A stretch of 64,000 nt of DNA, taken from a virus. The stretch covers positions 13,353-77,352 of the IMG/VR virus record IMGVR_UViG_3300030119_000590. One strand, given 5' to 3'. Positions 29,911 to 40,169 of the stretch are shown here, piece after piece; position 1 is the first letter of the stretch; every line of letters begins with the position of its first letter. The notes below the pieces were generated by a model, which made no database searches, was not told where the DNA came from, and saw only the letters and a list, made by a program, of their open reading frames with translations. The position numbers were made by a program, and so were the translations under genes.

Positions 29911-31803
29911 ATGGCAGACGAAACAGGAGTAAAGAGATTATTTAGTGGATTAAAGCGTATGTTTTCGTCTGAAGTTATTGTGCGTAATGTCGGAGGAAAG
30001 AAACTTAAAATTGCTGACACCGACAAATTGCAGTATAGTTCCAAGTTAAAAGACAAGTACAATAGAATGCATACATTGTATTCTGATTTTGCAAGTCAAT
30101 ACAATAACATTGGATTTCAAACACATCGTATAGAATTGTTTAGTGACTACGATATGATGGAAAGTGATCCGATTATTGCAAGTGCATTGGATATATATTC
30201 TGATGAATGTACAACACGAAGTGAGTTTGGTGATGTTCTCAAAATTTCAAGTTCTGATTCAAACATCAAAGGTATCCTTGAAAATTTATTTTATGACATA
30301 TTAAATATTGAGTTTAATCTATGGAGTTGGACTCGTAATATGTGTAAATATGGAGATTTTTATTTGCACTTGGAAATTGAACCTGAATATGGAATTCACA
30401 ATGTAAAACCGATTTCCACTTATGAAATGACTCGTATTGAGGATATGGACCCAACAAATCCTTCGTATGTTATGTTTAAACAAGAAGGACAGGCTCGTTC
30501 TGACTACGAGAATTATGAAATAGCACACTTTAGAATGTTGGGTGATAGTAACTTTCTTCCGTATGGAAAAAGTGTTATTGAACCTGCTCGTAGAGTTTGG
30601 AAGCAACTCCAACTTATGGAAGATGCTATGTTGATTCACCGAGTGATGCGGGCACCTGAGAAAAGAATGTTCTATATTGACATTGGTAATATCCCACCAA
30701 ACGAAGTTGATAATTTTATGCAAAAGGTTATCAATAAAATGAAGAAAGTTCCATTCGTGGACGAAAGAACCGGTGATTACAACCTTAAGTTTAATTTACA
30801 GAACATGACCGAAGACTTCTTTATGCCTGTCCGTGGAGGAGATAGTGGTACTAGAATTGAAAATCTAGGTGCTATGACTTACGATGGAACAGAAGATATT
30901 GAGTATGTTAAAAACAAAATGATGGCTGCTCTTAAAATTCCAAAAGCATTTCTTGGATATGAAGAGGGAATAACAGGCAAAGCAACATTGGCTGCTGAAG
31001 ATATTCGTTTTGCACGAACCATTGAACGTGTTCAACGAATTATGGTCAGTGAACTTACTAAAATTGCCATTGTTCATTTGTATGCCCAAGGATACAAAGA
31101 CTCAAAACTTGTTGATTTTAATTTAGGTCTTACGAACCCATCTACTATTTTTGAAGAAGAACGAGTTCGTATTCTAGGTGAGAAATTGAATACTGCAAGG
31201 GACATGATGGATGCCAAAATGTTTTCTAAGACTTGGATATACAATACCATATTTGGGTTATCAGAAGATGAAGTTGCAGGTATTCGTGAAAACTTTGTCG
31301 ATGATGCGAAGGAATATTATCGTTTGGAAACAATTCAAAACGAAGGAACTGATCCTGCTGACCCTAACGCACAAGTTGATGATGAAGAAGGGGATGAAAG
31401 TTGGGGGTTTGGTGACTTTGAAGGTATGACTGAAGAAGAAAAAGAAAAAGCAATTGCCCAACGAAAAAAAGAAGAAAAGAAAAGGCAAAACGCACGAAAA
31501 GTATATAATCATCCTGACAACAAACCGATGGGAAGAGACCCACTCGGTTCAGGTGAAAGACGAGTATCGGGTAGAGATTGGGGTGATAGTCCTTTAAAAT
31601 TAGAAGCAGATTTTAATAAACTTGACGAATTTTTATCGTCAAAAAAGTCTAAAGTTTCACTTCCAACCGAATCTTCTCTTATAGTTGAGAATACGGAAGA
31701 AGTGGTTAAAAACAAGAAAAACGATGATTTTGAGAAAAAAAGTTCGGAAAAAATTAACAAAGAAGAAGGGTATTTAAGTGAAGATAATTTAATTGATAAA
31801 TGA
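29911..31803 (+). CDS. Portal protein (T4 gp20-like)
   Basis: QLQLMEDAMLIHRVMRAPEKRMFYIDIGNIP and EDFFMPVRGGDSGTRIENL are typical gp20 motifs. Confidence 0.95.
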   Translation: MADETGVKRLFSGLKRMFSSEVIVRNVGGKKLKIADTDKLQYSSKLKDKYNRMHTLYSDFASQYNNIGFQTHRIELFSDYDMMESDPIIASALDIYSDECTTRSEFGDVLKISSSDSNIKGILENLFYDILNIEFNLWSWTRNMCKYGDFYLHLEIEPEYGIHNVKPISTYEMTRIEDMDPTNPSYVMFKQEGQARSDYENYEIAHFRMLGDSNFLPYGKSVIEPARRVWKQLQLMEDAMLIHRVMRAPEKRMFYIDIGNIPPNEVDNFMQKVINKMKKVPFVDERTGDYNLKFNLQNMTEDFFMPVRGGDSGTRIENLGAMTYDGTEDIEYVKNKMMAALKIPKAFLGYEEGITGKATLAAEDIRFARTIERVQRIMVSELTKIAIVHLYAQGYKDSKLVDFNLGLTNPSTIFEEERVRILGEKLNTARDMMDAKMFSKTWIYNTIFGLSEDEVAGIRENFVDDAKEYYRLETIQNEGTDPADPNAQVDDEEGDESWGFGDFEGMTEEEKEKAIAQRKKEEKKRQNARKVYNHPDNKPMGRDPLGSGERRVSGRDWGDSPLKLEADFNKLDEFLSSKKSKVSLPTESSLIVENTEEVVKNKKNDDFEKKSSEKINKEEGYLSEDNLIDK

Positions 31804-31876
31804 TTTTTTAAAAATATTCCACAATAATTATATTTATACTCATATTTATACTTGTATATATAAGTTTGATTTTCAC

Positions 31877-32740
31877 GTGAAAAAATTAAAACATAGTAAA
31901 TTTAAGAATACTGGCATTTTGTTTGAACTATTAGTTCGGCAAATTACCGCTGATATTCTTGATGACAAACAAGACTCTCATGCCAATCGTTTAATGCGTA
32001 AGTATTTTTCTGAGGAAGCATCTCTTGGCAAAGAACAAAGATTGTATCAATTGCTCATGGAAGAGTCGGCACACGACACTATAAATGCTGAACGATTGAT
32101 TGATGCGGTTGCAAAGTCTCACAAGAAACTTAATACCAAAAAGTTAGCACAACAACGATACGAATTAGTTAAAGAAATGAAGGATGCTTATCCTATTGAT
32201 GATTTTCTTCGTTCAAAAATTCGTAATTATAAAACATATGCCAGTATCTTTAAGTTGTTTGAAAGTGAAAATGAAGATATTTATTGCGATGCCAAAGAGT
32301 TGTACGAGTCAAAGAATACCATAATACAAGGATTGTGTAGTAAGAAAGCACAAACTAATGAGTCTACGGAAGATTACGAGCAACACAACGAAGACCTTCG
32401 TTTGATAACATATAAACTTCTGGTTGACAAATTTAATGAAAAGTATAGCAGTACCCTTAGTGAAGACCAACAAAAACTTCTTAAAAACTATATAAATAAT
32501 ATTTCAAACACGAATAGTTTGAGAGAGTATGTAGATACACAAATCCCATTGGTAAAATCACGAATCAGTGAATTGTCTGATAAAGTCGTGGATGACGAAG
32601 TGGTTAAGATAAAACTCGGAGAGGTTATTTCTCAGTTAGATTCTATTAGTGATGGTAGAGTCGTTAAGGATTCACAAGTTTCCACTTTGCTCATGTCATA
32701 TGAACTTATAAAGGAACTTGAGAAACATGAAAACAACTGA
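31877..32740 (+). CDS. Conserved head-morphogenesis (prohead core-like) protein
   Basis: GTG start, KHSKFKNTGILFELLVRQIT; lies between portal and protease. Confidence 0.6.
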   Translation: MKKLKHSKFKNTGILFELLVRQITADILDDKQDSHANRLMRKYFSEEASLGKEQRLYQLLMEESAHDTINAERLIDAVAKSHKKLNTKKLAQQRYELVKEMKDAYPIDDFLRSKIRNYKTYASIFKLFESENEDIYCDAKELYESKNTIIQGLCSKKAQTNESTEDYEQHNEDLRLITYKLLVDKFNEKYSSTLSEDQQKLLKNYINNISNTNSLREYVDTQIPLVKSRISELSDKVVDDEVVKIKLGEVISQLDSISDGRVVKDSQVSTLLMSYELIKELEKHENN

Positions 32741-33248
32741 AAAAAATCTTAGAAAGTTAATCCGTAATTTATTAAACGAACTATTAACCGAAGAGTGTAG
32801 TGATTGTAATCATGACGATTGTGAAAAGTGCCCTCCACAGAATGTAAGTGAATTAACGTCTACTGCAAACATAGATGGTTATCAAACTCCATTCGCATTT
32901 GATCCAAAAGATGAAGAAGAACATGAAGAGTCTATAAAAGATACTGCTGAAGTATTTGATTTTAAAACAACTAAGAACGAAAAGAATAATACGATTTCCG
33001 AAGGTAGGAGTTTATATCATCTTTATAGAGACCATCCAGATATGACACCAAGACAAAAAATAGGTGTTACTATTCGTGAAATAAATAAAATGCTTGGTGA
33101 TGTCGAAAAGTTGGTATCAGTAGGCTCTAAGTTTAAGTCTGAAGTTTCTGTAAGCAACGATTCGTATTGGAAAACAACCACACGATATTTAGATAAATTA
33201 GAATCTAGATTGCAAAGAATTTCTGAAAAAGTTCGTGAACTAAGATAA
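32727..33248 (+). CDS. Putative prohead core/internal protein
   Basis: LRKLIRNLLNE leader, GYQTPFAF motif; in head cluster. Confidence 0.55.
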   Translation: MKTTEKNLRKLIRNLLNELLTEECSDCNHDDCEKCPPQNVSELTSTANIDGYQTPFAFDPKDEEEHEESIKDTAEVFDFKTTKNEKNNTISEGRSLYHLYRDHPDMTPRQKIGVTIREINKMLGDVEKLVSVGSKFKSEVSVSNDSYWKTTTRYLDKLESRLQRISEKVRELR

Positions 33249-33252
33249 CATC

Positions 33253-33660
33253 ATGAAAGATTCACAACGAAAAGATGTAGAAAGTGGTTTCATCATTCGT
33301 AACAAACTTAATATTTTAGAAGAACGGGTAAAACCAAAACACATAAACAAGTGGACAAATTCAAGTGTGCTGTGTGATGAACTTAGAGGAGACTGGACTG
33401 AAAGTTCAACAGGTGCAGAGTTAACATTAAAAAACGATTCTACCTCGGTAACTGCGTGGATTTCTAAAAATAGAGCAACACATTTATATGAATGTGGATT
33501 GCGGATAGATTCGTCACTGGTCGGAAAAGAAACTTCAGCACAAGATTTATCCAAGTCACTTGAACTACTTTCTAAAGAATTAATTGCAGCCTCAGATTTA
33601 TGCTCGCAGATGAATTCTAAAATAAGTCAGTCAGAAATAAATAACGAGGAGCAGATATGA
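33253..33660 (+). CDS. Hypothetical protein
   Basis: Tightly packed ORF in head cluster. Confidence 0.5.
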   Translation: MKDSQRKDVESGFIIRNKLNILEERVKPKHINKWTNSSVLCDELRGDWTESSTGAELTLKNDSTSVTAWISKNRATHLYECGLRIDSSLVGKETSAQDLSKSLELLSKELIAASDLCSQMNSKISQSEINNEEQI

Positions 33661-34520
33661 GTTGTTCATGTAAAACTAATAATATAACCGAAGACGATTC
33701 TTCGTTTGAAGAAAAGAAAATGACAGATCCATCTATTCTGGCATACAAAAAAGCACTCAAAGATTTAACTCCTATAATCCAAACTGCAAAAAATTCATCT
33801 GATGGAAAGCAACTATCGGATTCATATTGGGAAAAAGTTTCTAAGTTGTTGAAAAAGGCAAAACTTGGAATTGCTATGTTTGAGTTAGGTTTAGATGATA
33901 AAGATGGTGAAATAGAAGATTCCGACACGGAGATTACTCCAATGGGAGATGTCAGAGACGGAGAAGAGCAATTTGACAAAGAAGAAGAGGAAACTGCAAA
34001 AGAAAAAGAAGAAACAAAGAAAGAAAAAAATGAAAATATATCTGAAGATGCAAAGTCAGCATCTCAGCAAAGATTATTTGGTATGGTGTACGCACTTAAA
34101 AAAGGTGATTTACAGAAAGATTCAGTTAGTAAAACCTTGTGGGAAAAAATTAAAAGCATAGCAGATGGTATTTCTTTAAAAGACGCAAAAAAATTTGCAG
34201 AAACTAAACACAATGATTTACCTGAAAGACTTCCTGCAACTGAATCCAAAAATAGTTTACTAGATTCTGCACGACATCTTGGTGTTATATTAGAATCAGA
34301 GGGTTCAAAAATAAAGTCAATGGTATATTTTAACGGTGGTCTTATAGTAGAAATAGTAAAAGGTGGCCGAGTGTATTGTGTTTGCATCGGCAAGGAAGTT
34401 TCATTGGAAGGGGTTGACTACTCTATCGACCTTGGTGATAAAACAGACTTTGGGTTGGTATCTGAAAAATTTAATAAATTTTCCGAAATACCAGAAGAAG
34501 AGTTAAAATATGTTTGGTAA
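33657..34520 (+). CDS. Modular head-cluster protein with a DUF3008-like segment
   Basis: AKSASQQRLFGMV...KKFAETKHNDLPE resembles a module common in T4-like marine phages. Confidence 0.55.
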   Translation: MSCSCKTNNITEDDSSFEEKKMTDPSILAYKKALKDLTPIIQTAKNSSDGKQLSDSYWEKVSKLLKKAKLGIAMFELGLDDKDGEIEDSDTEITPMGDVRDGEEQFDKEEEETAKEKEETKKEKNENISEDAKSASQQRLFGMVYALKKGDLQKDSVSKTLWEKIKSIADGISLKDAKKFAETKHNDLPERLPATESKNSLLDSARHLGVILESEGSKIKSMVYFNGGLIVEIVKGGRVYCVCIGKEVSLEGVDYSIDLGDKTDFGLVSEKFNKFSEIPEEELKYVW

Positions 34521-34596
34521 ACATTAGATTTAGTTGTTTTATAAAAAAAGATTAAATCGTAAATAAATACTTATACGTATATACTTATTATTTGAT

Positions 34597-35223
34597 ATGG
34601 CAAAGCAACTTATAGTGTCTACACTCCCTTTTGAGTTCACAAGAGAACAAATTGCGGAAAGCATCGAGTCTAATGGAGGAGATTTGGTGGTTCGTGGCAT
34701 TCTTCAAAAAGCAAAAGAACAAAATCAAAATGGTCGTGTGTATACACGTGAATTGCTTGAGAGGGAGGCTGGAAAATACCAAGAACTGATTGATGACAAA
34801 CGAGCACTCGGTGAACTAGACCATCCTGATAGTGCGGTGGTGAATTTACAGAACGTTAGTCACAACGTTTCTAAGATGTGGTGGGACGGTGATTCACTTG
34901 TGGGTGAGGTTCATGTTCTAAGTACACCAGCCGGAAACATATTGAAAGAACTATTTAAATCAGGCATTACACTTGGAATTAGTTCACGTGGAATGGGAAC
35001 TACTAGAGAATCTGAAGGAAAGACACTTGTAAATGATGATTTTGAATTAGTTGCATTTGACTTCGTGAGTAACCCTTCTACAAGAGGTGCTTTTCTTGAA
35101 CCAATTAATTTGAACGAATCAGTTGATCCAACTCAAGTTGTAACGGACGGCCGAGTTTGTTCAAAGTTTTGTAAAGTTGAAGGAATTATTCACGAAATTT
35201 TAGGTGAAGTTGGAGAATCTTAA
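34597..35223 (+). CDS. Prohead maturation protease (T4 gp21-like)
   Basis: NQNGRVY, ALGELDHP, VSH, TPAG.ILK, LGISSRGMG, DFVSNPS. Confidence 0.95.
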   Translation: MAKQLIVSTLPFEFTREQIAESIESNGGDLVVRGILQKAKEQNQNGRVYTRELLEREAGKYQELIDDKRALGELDHPDSAVVNLQNVSHNVSKMWWDGDSLVGEVHVLSTPAGNILKELFKSGITLGISSRGMGTTRESEGKTLVNDDFELVAFDFVSNPSTRGAFLEPINLNESVDPTQVVTDGRVCSKFCKVEGIIHEILGEVGES

Positions 35224-35224
35224 T

Positions 35225-35686
35225 ATGGAAAAGAACGAGGTTATACGACTAATTAAAGAAAGCATTTTGGAAGTTGCCAAGGAGCAACGTGACCAAATCA
35301 ATGAATTTAATCCCATGACGGGACGATTTGATGACGAAGGAATGTCTTCTCACCAAAAGAAAATTGCGTCCGAGAAGATTTCAAAGTTTGGTAAGTATCA
35401 ACGATTTATTGCACTCGAGGCAAAAGATATGGATGTTGCTGAAGATATATGCAATATAGTTGAAAACGCATCAAAGTATATTCTCAACGAAACCGATGAT
35501 TGGTTTGATGCAATGAGTGTAAAAAGAAATTTAAAAGAAATTAAAACTCTTGCAAAAGAATTTTACAAGACTGCAAGTGAACGTCAGGTTTACACACAAC
35601 GTATGCAGAGTTTATATGAAGATATGGGCAACATATTAAATCGTTATTTTGAAATACAAGAGGAAACCACAAATGAAGAGAAGTGA
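35225..35686 (+). CDS. Conserved head-cluster protein
   Basis: DDWFD...LYEDMGNILNRYFEI; leader EVIRLIKESILE. Confidence 0.55.
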   Translation: MEKNEVIRLIKESILEVAKEQRDQINEFNPMTGRFDDEGMSSHQKKIASEKISKFGKYQRFIALEAKDMDVAEDICNIVENASKYILNETDDWFDAMSVKRNLKEIKTLAKEFYKTASERQVYTQRMQSLYEDMGNILNRYFEIQEETTNEEK

Positions 35687-36398
35687 ATTAAAAGAATATG
35701 TTACACAAGTTTTACTTGAGGTTGCTGAATATCCATGCGAAGTAAACGGAAAATTAGTTAAAAAATCAATGGGATTTTCTGGTTATGTAAGAGAAGTGGT
35801 TTCCGAAGGAACAATTTCCGATGCAAACAAATGGGCAACCAACGAAAAGTTAAACTTTGTAAAGTCTAATGATTCAAGATTCGGAGGATACTATACTGAT
35901 GAATTGTCAGTATATGAGTTTTGTGCAAATCCGGAATATTATGGTGATTTAATGGAATCTGATATGACTGCACAAGATACCCTTGCTCGTTTGGTTGGTG
36001 AAAACGATCAAGTTCTTGAGGAATTGGATACAGAGCAAGTATCTTTGTTTGTTAACGAGTTGATGCAAAATGAGTTGTTTCTAAAAACAAGAGTCACACC
36101 AATATTTTCAAATTTGTCCACCAAGATTTTAGAAGGAATGACAGATCCAAAGCAAATCAATAGATTTCTAGAAACATTAATTTCAGAAGGAATAAAATGT
36201 GTATTTGATGAAGACGTGGAATTAACTGAATCAGAAATTAAAATTGCTACACAACAACTTCGTTCAGAATTAAACTCACATATAGAATCGATTACCGAAG
36301 TATGTGATTCGTGTGTTGATTCTGATAACAAAGGAATTTTATTTAAAAACTATCAAAAGATGATAAGTGACCACAGACATTTTTTACCAATTAAGTAA
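35673..36398 (+). CDS. Hypothetical head-cluster protein
   Basis: MKRSELKEYVTQVLLE leader; GAGG SD. Confidence 0.55.
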   Translation: MKRSELKEYVTQVLLEVAEYPCEVNGKLVKKSMGFSGYVREVVSEGTISDANKWATNEKLNFVKSNDSRFGGYYTDELSVYEFCANPEYYGDLMESDMTAQDTLARLVGENDQVLEELDTEQVSLFVNELMQNELFLKTRVTPIFSNLSTKILEGMTDPKQINRFLETLISEGIKCVFDEDVELTESEIKIATQQLRSELNSHIESITEVCDSCVDSDNKGILFKNYQKMISDHRHFLPIK

Positions 36399-36412
36399 AG
36401 GTATGTATTATT

Positions 36413-37075
36413 ATGAAAATTACAAGAAAAGAATTAAAAGAGATTATTGAAGAAGTTGCAACTGAACTTGGATTATTTGAAGGGTTAACCGCTGCACAAG
36501 AAAAGTTACCAGAACCACTCAAGGCTGCTATACTTAAAAAACAAGAAAGTGAAGGTGATGCAGATGAAGAAGAAGCAATTGAAGAAGGAAACGCATTCGG
36601 TGACGCAGTTCGTAAAGCACGTGAAAACGGTGATGAAGAATTTGAAGTGGGTGGTAAGACTTATCCATTAAAAGAAAAAGTTATCGAGGAAAGTGAAGAC
36701 ACAGAAGAATTTACTGGTGAAGAAGTAAAAAAAGAATCTCATTGCCACTCTGAAGAAGATGATGCGGATGTTGAAGAAGGAAACGCATTCGGTGACGCAG
36801 TTCGTAAAGCAAAGGAAGCAGGTGAAGACGAATTTGAAGTTGACGGAAAAACTTATCCTGTGAAAGAAGAAGAAGATGTTATCGAAGACGAAGAAGAAGT
36901 TGAAGAAGGAAACGCATTCGGTGACGCAGTTCGTAAAGCAAAGGAAGCAGGTGAAGACGAATTTGAAGTTGGTGGAAAAACTTATCAAGTTAAAGAAATC
37001 GAAGCAAGAAAATTCAAGAATGCAACGTTATCAGAAACTCTTGCAAGAATCCAAGGCAACAAAAAAATATTGTAA
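36413..37075 (+). CDS. Acidic head-associated protein with three EEGNAFGDAVRKA...EFEVxGKTYxVKE repeats
   Basis: MKITRKELKEIIEE leader plus three near-identical ~32-aa units. Confidence 0.7.
   Translation: MKITRKELKEIIEEVATELGLFEGLTAAQEKLPEPLKAAILKKQESEGDADEEEAIEEGNAFGDAVRKARENGDEEFEVGGKTYPLKEKVIEESEDTEEFTGEEVKKESHCHSEEDDADVEEGNAFGDAVRKAKEAGEDEFEVDGKTYPVKEEEDVIEDEEEVEEGNAFGDAVRKAKEAGEDEFEVGGKTYQVKEIEARKFKNATLSETLARIQGNKKIL
36581..36997 (+). repeat. Three ~96-bp intragenic direct repeats (starting near 36581, 36773 and 36902)
   Basis: gaagaaggaaacgcattcggtgacgcagttcgtaaagca is identical in all three. Confidence 0.9.
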
Positions 37076-37103
37076 TATAATTCAATAAAATACATTTATT
37101 ATT

Positions 37104-37135
37104 AAAAGAGTGGGAATAGTCCCACTCTTTTTTTT
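37104..37135 (+). terminator. Intrinsic terminator
   Basis: aaaagagtggga-atag-tcccactctttt followed by T tract. Confidence 0.85.
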
Positions 37136-37278
37136 AGTTTTTTTAACTTTTTTTAATATTTTCGTATTTAGATATATATTTATTTTCAAAATGTTCCACT
37201 TTATTGGAAACAAGACCAAAGGTTTTAACCTGATTGAAGTCCTTAATGACTTTACAAATTAATCAAGGAAATTATACC

Positions 37279-38607
37279 ATGAGTAAATTATTAAAAGAGG
37301 CCATCGCTGATGCTAAAGCTGTTCGTGAGACTGCACTTGCAAATGCAAGACTTGCTCTTGAGGAAGCATTTGCTCCTCGTTTGCAAAGTATGCTTACGAA
37401 GAAGTTGAAGGAAGAAGAGATGGATCTGGAGGATGACGTAGTTGCCCCTGAGGATGACGAAGTCGAAGTTGCTGAAGAAGAATCAGAAGAAGTTCACGGA
37501 GAAGAAGACGAAACTGTTGAATATGACGAAGAATCAATGGAAGAAGGTTCATACTCCGAGGAAGATTCTGAGGAAGAAGAAGCAGAAGAAGTTGCTGACG
37601 AAGAAGCAGAAGAAGTTGCTGACGAAGAAGAAGCAGAAGAAGTTGCTGACGAAGAAGAAGCAGAAGAAGTTGCTGACGAAGAAGCAGACGAAGAAGAAGT
37701 TGAGGAAGACGATCTTTATGAAGAAGATGAAGAAGAAGATTCTCTTGACTTGGAAAGTATCATTAAAGAGCTGGAAGCAGATCTTGAAATTAATGAAGAT
37801 GAAGAAGAAGCAGTTGAAGAACAATCCGATTCTTCCGAAATTGGAAAGGCAGATAACCATGTTGATGTAGCAGATCATAGTGATGGTGAAGATCCACAAG
37901 GTACAAGTCTTACCGAAGAAGAAGAAGACCAAACGGAAGAAGACGAATCAACTGAAGATTTGGAAGAAGAAATCGATATCGAAATCGTTGACGAAGAAAA
38001 GTATGACGAGGAGGACGAAACTGATGAATCCGATGAAGAATCAATGGAAGAAGGTTCATACTCTGAAGAAGATGAAGAAGAAATCGACCTTGAAGAAATT
38101 CTCAAGGAACTTGAAGAAGAGTCAACTGACGTAGTGGAAGAAGACGAAACTTCAGCTGAAATTGAAGAATTGAGATCAACCAATGAAAAGCTTCAAAAAG
38201 AAAACGATGAATACCGCAAGGTTTACAAACTGTTGCGCGGTAAGTTGAACGAAGTGAACTTGCTTAACGCAAAACTTCTTTACACGAACAAATTGTTCAA
38301 GGAGTTTGCACTTGAGGAAGATCAAAAATTGAAAGTCGTAGAAAGTTTTGACCTCACGAAGAATGTTCGTGAAGCAAAATTGGTCTATGCAACTCTTGGT
38401 GAGTCATTCCGCACTACTGTGGAGTCACGCATTGTTGAAACAGAAAAGAAAGTTGAAAAATCTGCTCCTGCTCCAACTGCAAAGAAGTCACTTACGGAAG
38501 GTTTGGCATCCAAGGCAATCAAGTCAACAAAACCATCAAAGCAAATTCTTTCGGAAGGCAATGACCTTGCTGACCGTTTCAAGAAACTTGCCGGAATCGT
38601 TGAATAA
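37279..38607 (+). CDS. Prohead scaffolding/core protein (gp22-analogue)
   Basis: MSKLLKEAIADAKAVRETALANA; extremely acidic middle; LNEVNLLNAKLLYTNKLF; directly before MCP. Confidence 0.8.
   Translation: MSKLLKEAIADAKAVRETALANARLALEEAFAPRLQSMLTKKLKEEEMDLEDDVVAPEDDEVEVAEEESEEVHGEEDETVEYDEESMEEGSYSEEDSEEEEAEEVADEEAEEVADEEEAEEVADEEEAEEVADEEADEEEVEEDDLYEEDEEEDSLDLESIIKELEADLEINEDEEEAVEEQSDSSEIGKADNHVDVADHSDGEDPQGTSLTEEEEDQTEEDESTEDLEEEIDIEIVDEEKYDEEDETDESDEESMEEGSYSEEDEEEIDLEEILKELEEESTDVVEEDETSAEIEELRSTNEKLQKENDEYRKVYKLLRGKLNEVNLLNAKLLYTNKLFKEFALEEDQKLKVVESFDLTKNVREAKLVYATLGESFRTTVESRIVETEKKVEKSAPAPTAKKSLTEGLASKAIKSTKPSKQILSEGNDLADRFKKLAGIVE
37576..37690 (+). repeat. Tandem 24-27 bp repeat (EEAEEVAD) x4 in scaffold
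   Basis: gaagaagcagaagaagttgctgac units. Confidence 0.85.
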
Positions 38608-38645
38608 ATTAAAACAAAACATTAAATTCAAAAGGAATTAAAAAA

Positions 38646-40073
38646 ATGAGCGAAATCAGTAAATTATTGAAAGATAGTCAAAATCCTCAACAAAGACTTA
38701 TGGCAGAAACCCGTGGTCTTGTATCAAAGTGGGAAAAGACAGGTCTTTTAGAAGGTATCGGTACAGATACAGAAAAGAGCGGCATGGCTGTTCTTCTTGA
38801 AAACCAAGCAAAGCAGTTGATTGACGAGGCATCTCGTACAGGAACATCAGCAAACTCGGAAGAGTGGAGTGGTGTTGCTTTACCTCTCGTACGTCGTGTG
38901 TTTGCAGAAATCGCAGCGAAGGAATTCGTTTCGGTTCAACCAATGAATCTCCCGTCTGGGTTGATTTTCTACTTAGACTTCAAGTACGGAACAGACCAAT
39001 CCGCACAACAATCTGGTGGAAGTCTTTTCGGTGGAACAGGTGCAACCAAGTCAACAGACGCCGCAAGTGGGGGTCTTTATGGTTCAGGTGCACATGGTTA
39101 TTCATTGAATGACAAAACTGTTGCAGTTAACGAAAATGATGTTATCGGTACAGCAGTCGCAACAGACGCAGACCTTGATGGTCTTGCAGCGTTTACGGTT
39201 GTTGAAGCAGACGGAACTGTTAATGCAGTCACAACTACAGCAGCTCCTGCTACAGGAACACTTCACTATCACGCAGCTCCAACCGACATCACCCGTGGTG
39301 ATTTCGAGGCTGCTGAAGATGCTACTGAAGGTGCAGTAACAGGTTCCCAAGACGTCGGAATTCCGGAAGTTAACTTGGAACTTAAGAGTGAACCAATCGT
39401 TGCAAAGACACGTAAGTTGAAAGCAGTTTGGACACCTGAGTTGGCACAAGACCTCAATGCTTATCATAGTGTTGACGCAGAAGCAGAACTTACATCACTT
39501 CTTTCCGAGTATGTTTCAATGGAAATCGACTTGGAAATTCTTGATATGCTTCTTGCAAACGCAGGTAGTGTTGACACAAATGCGTTTAACGCAACAGCGG
39601 GACTCGCAGGTGGTGAGACTCAAGGAACATTGTTCCAGAAGCTCGGCACAAAGATTCAAGCAATGAGCAACAAGATTCATCAGTTGACTCTTCGTGGTGG
39701 TGCAAACTTCTTGGTTTGTTCTCCACAAGTTGCTACCATTCTTGAAAGTATCCCAGGATACGCAGCTGACACAGACGGAAATCAGTCGCAGTTTGCAATG
39801 GGTGTTACCAAGGTTGGTGCGTTGAACAATCGTTTCCAAGTTTACAAGAACCCATACATGACAAGTGGTGATGTTCTCGTAGGTTTCAGAGGTGCAAACT
39901 TCCTTGAAACAGGTGCGGTTTATGCTCCATATGTACCGTTAATCCAAACACCATTGGTATACGATCCGGTCAACTTTACTCCACGTCGTGGTGTAATGAC
40001 CCGTTATGCCAAGAAGATGGTTCGTCCAGAATTCTACGGAAAACTTTCCGTTACAAATGCAGACGCATTATAA
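38646..40073 (+). CDS. Major capsid protein (T4 gp23-like)
   Basis: LPLVRRVF, VQPMNLPSGLIFYL, AKTRKLKAVWTPELAQDL, YAPYVPL, PRRGVMTRYA. Confidence 0.97.
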   Translation: MSEISKLLKDSQNPQQRLMAETRGLVSKWEKTGLLEGIGTDTEKSGMAVLLENQAKQLIDEASRTGTSANSEEWSGVALPLVRRVFAEIAAKEFVSVQPMNLPSGLIFYLDFKYGTDQSAQQSGGSLFGGTGATKSTDAASGGLYGSGAHGYSLNDKTVAVNENDVIGTAVATDADLDGLAAFTVVEADGTVNAVTTTAAPATGTLHYHAAPTDITRGDFEAAEDATEGAVTGSQDVGIPEVNLELKSEPIVAKTRKLKAVWTPELAQDLNAYHSVDAEAELTSLLSEYVSMEIDLEILDMLLANAGSVDTNAFNATAGLAGGETQGTLFQKLGTKIQAMSNKIHQLTLRGGANFLVCSPQVATILESIPGYAADTDGNQSQFAMGVTKVGALNNRFQVYKNPYMTSGDVLVGFRGANFLETGAVYAPYVPLIQTPLVYDPVNFTPRRGVMTRYAKKMVRPEFYGKLSVTNADAL

Positions 40074-40098
40074 TTCTGTTTGGAATAACACAAAATTT

Positions 40099-40131
40099 AA
40101 GAGGGGTTCTTTTGAACCCCTCTTTTATTTT
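40099..40131 (+). terminator. Intrinsic terminator after MCP
   Basis: aagaggggttc-tttt-gaacccctctt followed by T-rich tail. Confidence 0.85.
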
Positions 40132-40169
40132 ATAACGATTACTATGATTGGTGTATATTTATAGACAAT

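Noticed and set aside
36581-36997. CRISPR-like array
   Set aside because: Repeats are ~96 bp, in frame within a CDS, irregularly spaced, and no cas genes are present.
37442-38183. Lys-rich, Phe-rich and Ser-rich alternative-frame ORFs over the scaffold gene
   Set aside because: By-products of GAA-rich low-complexity coding sequence.
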